DNA from: Candidatus Undinarchaeota archaeon
Lineage (GTDB): Archaea; SpSt-1190
NCBI GenBank assembly: GCA_964549355.1
Contig: CAZJUS010000012.1
Span: 1 to 21,289 of the forward strand
Direction: 5' to 3'
DNA length: 21,289 nt
Shown: positions 14,490-21,289 of the stretch, one piece after another
How the letters are laid out: every line of letters starts with the position of its first letter
Numbering within the stretch: position 1 is the first letter of the stretch
The notes under the pieces: model-generated
Database searches by the model: none
What the model saw: the letters and a program-made list of their open reading frames with translations, nothing else
What the model was told of the DNA's origin: nothing
Position numbers and translations under genes: made by a program

Positions 14490-15401
14490 GTGTTGCTCAT
14501 CTTTGACTGCCTCTTTGGAGCCGTCGTGCTCCTGATGATTTTCTATTCGGTGCTTCGGAAAAAATTCACGGCCCTCTACACGCTGTTCACATCAATAATC
14601 TTCAACCTGATTTTCAAATACATATCCTCCCGGCCGGACACTTTATTCATCCCCACCACAGGCCCCAGCATGCTGCTCCAAGTCCTCTCAAGCATGGGAT
14701 TCTTCTTCAAGTCTGCATGGGCCCTCGCAGTCATCACCATGATATTCAGGCCGGTGTCCTGGGTGTCGACCCTGTCCGCACTGCTGTTCGGAATCGGCAT
14801 TGGGATTCTTGTAATTAGAGGCTCGCGGAAAATAAAAGAGGGCGCCCAGGAAGTCCGGAGGAAAACTTTCCACACCGTCGCTGCACTGGTGGTGGGGATT
14901 ACTGCAATCGCCGTGGGCCGGACAGCTGCAATTGTGCTTGATTTGGCCGGGCTGGTCGCCGCCCTGTCCTTCCCCCTTTTTGAGAGGATCCCCCTTATAC
15001 GGGAAGCTGCTGAAGGAATGCTTCGCAAAAATGAGCGTTCGGGGGAAACCCTGTTCAAATTTTTTATTGGGATTCTCCTGCCCCTGCTGCTCAACCAGCC
15101 GTGGATTGTGCTTGTGATTGCCGTGGGGGATGGAATGGCCGCACTGGTCGGCAGGTTCTTCGGCAAAACCAAAATCTACAAAGGCAAAAGTTTGGAAGGC
15201 AGCCTTTCAGGTTTTCTCGGCGCCTGGGCGGTTTCAAACCAATTCTATCCGCATCCTCTTCTGGCAGCAGTTATCTACACCTTGACTGAACTGTTCACCC
15301 CTCTCGACGACAATCTGGTAATTCCAATCGTTCTCAGTTTGCTCTTCGTGCCCTGGACGGCAATCTGGAATGCAATCATTCACTTTTTGGGCATCCTGTA
15401 A
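14490..15401 (+). CDS. Dolichol/phytol (polyprenol) kinase family membrane protein with an extra N-terminal membrane domain
   Basis: EVRRKTFH, GDGMAALVGRFFGKTKIYKGKSLEGS, DDNLVIP are signature motifs of the CTP-dependent kinase/cytidylyltransferase family; TTTTTAAA at 14462-14469. Confidence 0.85.
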   Translation: MLLIFDCLFGAVVLLMIFYSVLRKKFTALYTLFTSIIFNLIFKYISSRPDTLFIPTTGPSMLLQVLSSMGFFFKSAWALAVITMIFRPVSWVSTLSALLFGIGIGILVIRGSRKIKEGAQEVRRKTFHTVAALVVGITAIAVGRTAAIVLDLAGLVAALSFPLFERIPLIREAAEGMLRKNERSGETLFKFFIGILLPLLLNQPWIVLVIAVGDGMAALVGRFFGKTKIYKGKSLEGSLSGFLGAWAVSNQFYPHPLLAAVIYTLTELFTPLDDNLVIPIVLSLLFVPWTAIWNAIIHFLGIL

Positions 15402-15424
15402 CCTACTTTCTGGAATCCTATGAA

Positions 15425-16450
15425 TCAGAACCACTGGTCCAGGCTGCCCTGCCTGCCGGAGCCCATGCTTTTCTCCAGTATGTCAAGCGTCTTGGCCATC
15501 CGGTCCATTGAAAACCCGTGCTTGGCAATCAGGCATGCTTTAAGTTTTTCCATGTCAGGCGCCTTCCACTCAAGCTCAACATCCCTGGAGACATGCGGGT
15601 TCATGAAATAATCAACTATCTTCTGCTTGTCGCCCCAGGCTTCATCCCACTCCATTTCATCCAAAGCGCGGTCGGCGCCTTTCTCCTGCACCAGGGCCAG
15701 CGCCTTCTTGGGCCCGATGCCTTTCACACCGCCGGGATTGTAGTCCGTGCCGACCAGCATGCCGAGCACCACCAGAGCCCTCCGGTCCAGCCCCAGCCGT
15801 TTGAGGTTGGCCTCCAAATCGTAGACTTCCGGCTTGATGACCATGTACTCATTCCTGCGGGGGACTTTCCGCCTGCCGGTTATATTCACATTCCGCAGAA
15901 GTTGCGGGGCGCCGAACAGAAGCGAATCAAAGTCCTGCGAGGCTGCAGCCCATACCATGCCCTGCGCCGCCATGTAGGCGGCCTGGGCTTCGCCCTCGCT
16001 CGGAGCCTGCACCCAGGGCACCCCCATGGCGTCAAGCAGCTCCTTGGCATCTTCGACCATGTAGGGCTCGATTTTGGCCGTCTGCTGTGAATACCTGCGG
16101 ACAGCCTCCCAGTCCCCTTCCTTCCGCGCAGCTTCAAGCTTCTTCCGGGCAGCCTCCTTGCGGGAGGCCCTTTCATCCGCCACTGCTTTGAAGTCGGGGG
16201 GCCTGCCGTCAAAAATATAGCACGGCCGGATGCCCGCTTCATAGAGCCTGGCAGTCCTGTAGAACAGTCCGGAGAGATGGGAAGTCACCTGCCCTCTCGC
16301 ATTCATCAGGGGTGTGCCGTCCATCTGGCGGATTATGCTCAGGAACTGGTATATGGTGTTGAAAGCATCAATGGCTATGGCCTTGCCCGACAAGAATTTC
16401 AGCTTCTGGATTTCCTGGGCCTCCAGAATCTCACGGAGCTTCACCCCCAT
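15425..16450 (-). CDS. fen: Flap endonuclease 1
   Basis: MGV start, AIDAFNTIYQFLSIIRQ.DGTPL, TSHLSGLFYR, QAPSEGEAQAA, SQDFDSLLFGAP, GTDYNPGGVKGIGPKKA, C-terminal PIP box QGSLDQWF. Confidence 0.98.
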   Translation of the reverse strand: MGVKLREILEAQEIQKLKFLSGKAIAIDAFNTIYQFLSIIRQMDGTPLMNARGQVTSHLSGLFYRTARLYEAGIRPCYIFDGRPPDFKAVADERASRKEAARKKLEAARKEGDWEAVRRYSQQTAKIEPYMVEDAKELLDAMGVPWVQAPSEGEAQAAYMAAQGMVWAAASQDFDSLLFGAPQLLRNVNITGRRKVPRRNEYMVIKPEVYDLEANLKRLGLDRRALVVLGMLVGTDYNPGGVKGIGPKKALALVQEKGADRALDEMEWDEAWGDKQKIVDYFMNPHVSRDVELEWKAPDMEKLKACLIAKHGFSMDRMAKTLDILEKSMGSGRQGSLDQWF

Positions 16451-16470
16451 AAAAACCGAAGGGCGGGCAG

Positions 16471-16489
16471 TTTATAAACGCTTTAATAT
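16471..16489. promoter_or_regulatory. Back-to-back TATA boxes for fen and the divergent genes
   Basis: Palindromic TTTATAAA at 16471-16478 (21-28 nt before the fen ATG) and TTTAATAT at 16482-16489 (22-29 nt before ATG 16511). Confidence 0.65.
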
Positions 16490-16510
16490 TCTGCGGAGGT
16501 TGTGTTGATA

Positions 16511-16693
16511 ATGGACAATACCAGGAAAGTGCATCTGGGCGGCCTGTTTGTCGTTGCGGTAATCTGGGCGGTCTGCGGGCTCACAGCAAAAGACCCGTTG
16601 TGGGCCGGCAAGGCCATCGCCCTGTCGTCCCTGGTTCTGCTGGGTGTCGCCCTGGCGGATATGGTGATCAGGCGTGGCGTGGAGAAATCTTAG
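16511..16693 (+). CDS. Small two-TM membrane protein (60 aa)
   Basis: Two hydrophobic segments LGGLFVVAVIWAVCGL and AIALSSLVLLGVALA; promoter at the expected distance. Confidence 0.65.
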   Translation: MDNTRKVHLGGLFVVAVIWAVCGLTAKDPLWAGKAIALSSLVLLGVALADMVIRRGVEKS

Positions 16694-17336
16694 GCTGTTC
16701 CTGCTGGCTTCAAAGAAGACCCTCGGACCCGACACTGTGATGAAGAAGCTACAGGCTTTCAGGTTCGACGGGGCGGAAGGCATAAACCGCTTCGAAACCT
16801 GGCGCAAGTTCAAGGAAATCCGCTTCGACTATCTTTTTGTCAGGCCCCGGTTCGTCCGGGTGTCCAAACTGCAGGGGCGCAGGATAAGGGAGGACAAGGT
16901 CCGCATAGAAGTGGTGGAAAAAGTCGAAATCCACATCAGGTCCAACGGGCTGGTGGAAGCCTACGGCCCGCCCGCCCTGATTGAAAGGGCCATGGACAAG
17001 GTGTCCGTGCTTGGAGGCTTGGAGCAGATAAGCTTCGCTTCGCCGGACTTCAACCGCATGATAAAGATGGCAGCCGACATAAGAAAAATAAAAATCCGCG
17101 GGGCCGAAGACAAAAAAATCAGCGAAATCACGCTGAAGGGCGGGGCGCTGACACGCTCCGGCGAGTTCAAAAGGCTGAAGAAGGGGGGCAGGATAAAGGC
17201 AATCCAGGGCAAGATTGAACTGGAGGCCGAGGTCTACGGCTTTGCCATGACGGAGAATGAGCTGAGGTTCTTTGTGCGCGACCCGAAGAAGGACCAGAGC
17301 GCCCTTGAAGCTTTTGTGAGCGCCTTCACTGCTTGA
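16674..17336 (+). CDS. Basic hypothetical protein (about 200-220 aa)
   Basis: Long ORF with codon usage like its neighbours, K/R-rich; overlaps the upstream gene and, at its 3' end, the convergent phosphoesterase; start GTG 16674 or ATG 16740. Confidence 0.7.
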   Translation: MAWRNLRLFLLASKKTLGPDTVMKKLQAFRFDGAEGINRFETWRKFKEIRFDYLFVRPRFVRVSKLQGRRIREDKVRIEVVEKVEIHIRSNGLVEAYGPPALIERAMDKVSVLGGLEQISFASPDFNRMIKMAADIRKIKIRGAEDKKISEITLKGGALTRSGEFKRLKKGGRIKAIQGKIELEAEVYGFAMTENELRFFVRDPKKDQSALEAFVSAFTA

Positions 17337-17994
17337 GCTTCTTGAGGCCTTTTTTTGTCAGCTTCATCCTGGTTATTTTCGGCCCGCCCTTCTGCCCCAT
17401 CTCCACCCATGCAGAATAGCCGTCGGCCAAAGCCCCCGGATTGAGGAGCGTGGTCCTGCCGATTTTATCGATGCCTCCTGATTCGTGGATGTGGCCGGAC
17501 ACAACCAGGTCAGGCTGGTAGTCGTCCACAATACTGCGCAGGAAAGTTGAGCCCACGTGGCGCCCCGTCCACAGCTTGTCAAGCTTGGTGTCGAAAGGGG
17601 GGACATGGGTGAGCACTATGGTCCTGCCTTTGACATCCTTGAATTTTTCGTGCAGAGGCTCGTACTGCATCATCACTCCGGAGTCGGTCTCAAGCCATGT
17701 GGCCCCCTCGAACCCAATAATCTCGGCGCCTTTGAATTTGACCTTCTTGCCGTGGATATTCACTTTTTTCATTTTTCTGCGGGCTTCTTCGTCGTCCTCA
17801 TTCCCGGGGACTGCAAAGACATGCTTTGAAACACGCCTCAGGGCGCTGAGCTCCTTGGACACCAGCTCGGCAGGGCCGAAGGGGGTGAAGTCCCCCGCCA
17901 CCAGGACGGCGTCGGGCTTTTCATCGAGATGCGCAATCGTCCTGTAAAGCTTCTCTATATCGCCATGGATGTCGGCAACCACCAGGAACTTCAT
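17326..17994 (-). CDS. Icc-related metallophosphoesterase (COG2129-like), 222 aa
   Basis: MKFLVVADIHG, AGDFT, PGNED, THVPP, HVGS, SGHIHE, NPG. Start ATG 17994 with minus-strand TTATAATA at 18022-18015. Confidence 0.92.
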   Translation of the reverse strand: MKFLVVADIHGDIEKLYRTIAHLDEKPDAVLVAGDFTPFGPAELVSKELSALRRVSKHVFAVPGNEDDEEARRKMKKVNIHGKKVKFKGAEIIGFEGATWLETDSGVMMQYEPLHEKFKDVKGRTIVLTHVPPFDTKLDKLWTGRHVGSTFLRSIVDDYQPDLVVSGHIHESGGIDKIGRTTLLNPGALADGYSAWVEMGQKGGPKITRMKLTKKGLKKLKQ

Positions 17995-18037
17995 GGGATT
18001 ATCAATGAGGAAATTATTATAAGGTCTTTGGAGATTT

Positions 18038-18406
18038 ATGTCGGTGGATAAAAACATTTTGATGGCCCTGGGCGCCTTTGCTTTGGTTTTCCTTTTCATT
18101 CTGCCCCCCTGGCACTACATAAAGCCTGCCCTGGACATCAAGTCAGCTACTTTGTCCGGAGACCGGCTGACCTTTGACATGGATTTTGCAGCCGACTGGC
18201 CCAATTCATGCTATATAGTGGTCTACGGCCCGTTTGCGTTCGACAAGGCCGGCCATGAAGAAGGCAACAATATATACGTCCTTTCCAGACGCTCGGGCTC
18301 AATTGCAGACACTCTGGTGCTCCAGGAAGGCGCGAATCTTACTGTGCTCAGGGCCGAGCTCTGGTGCGACCACGACAAGCTTGCCGAAGCCTCGAAATCA
18401 ATCTGA
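18038..18406 (+). CDS. Membrane-anchored/exported small beta-rich protein
   Basis: N-terminal TM ILMALGAFALVFLFIL, two Cys, C-terminal strand LRAELWCD; divergent from the phosphoesterase. Confidence 0.68.
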   Translation: MSVDKNILMALGAFALVFLFILPPWHYIKPALDIKSATLSGDRLTFDMDFAADWPNSCYIVVYGPFAFDKAGHEEGNNIYVLSRRSGSIADTLVLQEGANLTVLRAELWCDHDKLAEASKSI

Positions 18407-19978
18407 AGCCTGCTCTTCCTCCGCCCCGGCATCCTCCTTGCCCTGCTTCACGCCGACGCGGTGCTCGATGGTCTCCATCAGCCTTTCAAGCACTTTCTTC
18501 TCTGGGGTGCCGGTGATTTTGTTCAAAGCCCATGCAACCTCAGGGGCGTACCGGGCGAAAATGCTCCTGCGCTTGAGGCGCAGGGCTTCCTTCCTGACGC
18601 CCGCCATGTACTTCTTCACGCTCCGGGCGGCCTCCATGACTGCAAAGCGGATTTCCCTTACGACGTCGGGGTCCTCCGCCACCGCCTGCTTGCCTGCAGA
18701 CAGGTACGGCACATAGGGCGAGATTATGTTGACCAGCACAGTGACCGGTGCATTGTCTATGTCGCTGATATTGTAGTTCTTCCAGTTGATGGACTTGACG
18801 GCCTGGGTTATGGCGCAGGCCCCGGAATCGAAAATAAGGGGCGTCTTGTTGGCGAATCTCATTATCTCCAGCTTTCCGCCGTTGTCGCTTTTCCTGCCCG
18901 CCCCTCCGCCGTAGGCCACCGCAGCTTCGACCTGGAAAGGTATGCCTCCGCGGTAGGTCGTCGGGCGCCGGGTGATGACGCGGAAAAAGGCAGGGTTGAT
19001 GGTGTCCTTCAGGCTCCGGTCAAGAAAGGCTTCAGCAATCGGAATCAGGCCGTCCGTAGGGGGCGCCAGGAGCTTGACCTTGGTGAAAGCCTTCACTATC
19101 CTCTGGCAGTCCTGGTAGGTCAGCTTGCTTGGTTGCTTGTCCTCCTCGACTTTGGCCAGCTTCAGGATGGCCTTGGCCTTTTTCACGCTGACGCGGGAGA
19201 AATCATCCTGCAGGAATTTCACAGCGCTTCTGCTGGCCGACGCCTCCGCCATCCGGACCAAGTCGTCCGCCGAGACCCCCAGAGGGTGCGGCTTCATCTC
19301 CTTGGGCTTCCCGGGGCTTTTGGAGACTGTGCGCTTCCAGACGGTTTTCCTGCCGTCGGGCTCCCACAAGGTGATTTTCACATGGGGGTTGGCGATGGCG
19401 GTCCTCCGGAGGTATTCAAAGGGGCTCTGCTCCCCTCTGCGGTAGGTGAGCTCCTCAAACTCGGACACCATCTTGGTCCCGTGCCAGTCCACATCAACTA
19501 CGCTCTCATCCAGGACTTTGGCGGTGTTCCTGTCGGCGTCAATCTTCAGGAATACGACCGCTGCCTTTTTGCCGGTGGATGAAATTATCTTGGTCGGCTT
19601 CCCGGCGGTCATCTGCGAAAAAAGAATAACGCCTGCAGCGCCTATGCCCTGCTGGCCCCTGCTCTGGATATACCTGTGGAACTTGGTGCCCGACAGCATG
19701 CTGCCGAAGACCCGGGGCACATACTCCGGCGGGATGCCCGGCCCGTTGTCCTCAACACTGACTATATAACCGTTCTTGGTCTCGCGGATCCTCACTTTGA
19801 TTTCAGGCAGTATGTCGTACTCCTCGCAGGCGTCGATGGCGTTGGTGACGTACTCATGGATTACAGTTGTGAAACTCTTGATTGGGCCGGAATACCCCAG
19901 CATGTGGAGGTTCTTGCGGAAAAACTCGGCCACGCCGACCTCCTTGAATTTGGTCCCGAAATCGTCTCCTAATCCCAT
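18398..19978 (-). CDS. top6B: DNA topoisomerase VI subunit B
   Basis: VAEFFRKN..MLGY, GHKL motifs HEYVTNAIDA, EDNGPGI, SRGQQGIG; PHP.G, RFANKTPL, SAGKQAV. Confidence 0.98.
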   Translation of the reverse strand: MGLGDDFGTKFKEVGVAEFFRKNLHMLGYSGPIKSFTTVIHEYVTNAIDACEEYDILPEIKVRIRETKNGYIVSVEDNGPGIPPEYVPRVFGSMLSGTKFHRYIQSRGQQGIGAAGVILFSQMTAGKPTKIISSTGKKAAVVFLKIDADRNTAKVLDESVVDVDWHGTKMVSEFEELTYRRGEQSPFEYLRRTAIANPHVKITLWEPDGRKTVWKRTVSKSPGKPKEMKPHPLGVSADDLVRMAEASASRSAVKFLQDDFSRVSVKKAKAILKLAKVEEDKQPSKLTYQDCQRIVKAFTKVKLLAPPTDGLIPIAEAFLDRSLKDTINPAFFRVITRRPTTYRGGIPFQVEAAVAYGGGAGRKSDNGGKLEIMRFANKTPLIFDSGACAITQAVKSINWKNYNISDIDNAPVTVLVNIISPYVPYLSAGKQAVAEDPDVVREIRFAVMEAARSVKKYMAGVRKEALRLKRRSIFARYAPEVAWALNKITGTPEKKVLERLMETIEHRVGVKQGKEDAGAEEEQASD

Positions 19979-20036
19979 AGTCCCACAAAGCTAAAAAAAT
20001 CCTCAATATATAAAGCTTTGGTCTAAAAGACCTGTT

Positions 20037-20579
20037 TCATTCGGTTTCCGCCTCAATATCAGCGTTCTGTGGCTTTATATGCATTAAACGGGTTTCTACA
20101 TATCGATATACGCCAGAATGTGACGCACCATGCACTAAACGTTCTAAAGCTTCCCGGAAAATCCTTAATTTATCGGCAGGCCCCATCGCTATCACCTTTC
20201 CCTTGTCGATGTGGATTTTCAAGCCGAGCATGCGCTCGAAATATTTTTTGACTTTGCCTTTCTCCCCGATTATGCGGGCCTGCTGCCTTTCCAAGGCACT
20301 TTTGTTTGCCACGGCGCCCTCCAGGTCGTAGACCTCCAGCCGGTAATCCTCCCGGAAAAGCTCGAAAGCCTTCCGGACGGGCAGGCCTTCGCCGATGGCG
20401 CGGACCACCTCCGCAGATTTCAGCACCCTGAAGCCGTCCTCCCCTGTAATGGAGACGAGGCAGGCGTCTATGTCAAGCCTGACACCCCCGGTGCGCTCAA
20501 TGAGCTTCTTGGTCCTGCCCCCGGGCCCGATCAGGAGGCCTATTTTGCCTTCCGGGATATTGACTGAAGTCTCAACCAT
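20037..20579 (-). CDS. KH-domain small-subunit rRNA processing protein (archaeal Dim2/Pno1)
   Basis: Two KH GxxG loops (LIGPGG, RIIGEKG), VVRAIGEG, GASHSGVYRY; immediately downstream of rio1 as in the conserved archaeal gene order. Confidence 0.92.
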   Translation of the reverse strand: MVETSVNIPEGKIGLLIGPGGRTKKLIERTGGVRLDIDACLVSITGEDGFRVLKSAEVVRAIGEGLPVRKAFELFREDYRLEVYDLEGAVANKSALERQQARIIGEKGKVKKYFERMLGLKIHIDKGKVIAMGPADKLRIFREALERLVHGASHSGVYRYVETRLMHIKPQNADIEAETE

Positions 20580-21289
20580 GCTTTTTCACCCACCGCTCCA
20601 ACTCAGATACCGACTGCTCCGCCTTAAAGAACTTTACCAAGTTCTCAATGTCGCGCCTGAGGAAGGCGCCCGCATTCGGGTGCTTGATGTCCACGGCCTG
20701 GCCCACATCAATTATCACGGGCCTGCCTTCTTTCATAAGGATGTTGTACTCGCTGAGGTCCGCATGCACCAGCTTGGCTATCTGGTACGCCTTACGGACG
20801 TCCCCTATAATCCTGCTGAAAAGCTCGGGCGTCCTGTCGGGCCGGCCCAGATGCTTCAGCATGGGGGCCCTGCCCCCCGCTTCATCGCCTATGAACTCCA
20901 TGACCACTATGTTGTTCTGGAAGGCGTAGGGGCGCGGGACATCGACGCCCGCAGAGTAGAGCCTTGAGAGGTTGGAGAACTCCTTGCGGGCCCAAAGCTC
21001 AATCACCGCCCGGCGGTTCTTGCTTATGTTGCTGTAGCGCGGGTCGCCCTTGAGATAGCCCCAGATAGTCTCAAAGGCCGAAGAAGTGACGCGGTAAATT
21101 TTCACGGCCAGCGGCTCGTCGTTCAGGGCCAGAAAAACTTTGGCCTCCTTGCCGCTCGAAAGCTCGCCCTGTATCTTCTCGATGATGCCTTTGTTGAAAA
21201 GCTTGTGGACCGCCATGAGGGTGGCCCTGTCGAAGACATCGCCCCAGACCTTGTCGTCGAACCCGTACTTGCCGTCCTTCCGCACATCA
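20572..21289 (-). CDS. rio1: RIO1-family Ser/Thr kinase; 5' end possibly truncated by window edge
   Basis: VFDRATL, SSGKEAKVF, AVKIYR, WARKEFSNL, LVHADLSEYNIL, IIDVGQAV; frame is open to the window end. Confidence 0.95.
   Translation of the reverse strand, partial: DVRKDGKYGFDDKVWGDVFDRATLMAVHKLFNKGIIEKIQGELSSGKEAKVFLALNDEPLAVKIYRVTSSAFETIWGYLKGDPRYSNISKNRRAVIELWARKEFSNLSRLYSAGVDVPRPYAFQNNIVVMEFIGDEAGGRAPMLKHLGRPDRTPELFSRIIGDVRKAYQIAKLVHADLSEYNILMKEGRPVIIDVGQAVDIKHPNAGAFLRRDIENLVKFFKAEQSVSELERWVKKHG

Noticed and set aside
17995..18099. N-terminal extension of the Icc-like phosphoesterase
   Set aside because: Overlaps the divergent gene and promoter; the family starts at MKFLVVADIHG.
18461..19582. 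373-aa plus-strand ORF (and similar ones at 1658-2662, 4351-5058, 15518-16090)
   Set aside because: Lie almost wholly antisense to well-supported genes; typical shadow ORFs.
1..21289. CRISPR array, tRNA, rRNA, IS element or integrase
   Set aside because: No regularly spaced repeats, cloverleaf, transposase or recombinase motifs seen; intergenic gaps are all under about 130 nt.

Overview
Archaeal chromosomal segment, probably from a DPANN-type lineage (inferred from the hypothetical-protein families; taxonomy not proven). It is densely coded, with no CRISPR array, tRNA, rRNA or mobile element visible. Recognisable housekeeping genes: the 3' end of a P-type cation ATPase, smc, an HMf-type histone, fen1, top6B, the KH-domain ribosome-biogenesis factor Dim2/Pno1 and a Rio1 kinase. 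Also present: a small class III signal (type IV pilin-like) cluster, CBS and HTH proteins, a nucleotide pyrophosphatase-family enzyme, an Icc-like phosphoesterase, a degenerate geranylgeranyl-reductase-like gene and a prenol/dolichol-kinase-family gene. The best finding lies outside the ORF track: a compact dual-guide box C/D sRNA at about 4134-4193. One guide is complementary to the decoding-site strand of 16S helix 44 (predicted target A1408, E. coli numbering) and the other to the anti-Shine-Dalgarno 3' tail (predicted target C1533). Also notable is an SMC with a strongly shrunken, motif-less hinge and no adjacent kleisin gene, followed by an 820-aa protein built from tandem calcineurin-like phosphoesterase domains (one degenerate, one intact). 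All assignments come from reading motifs by eye; no database searches were run.
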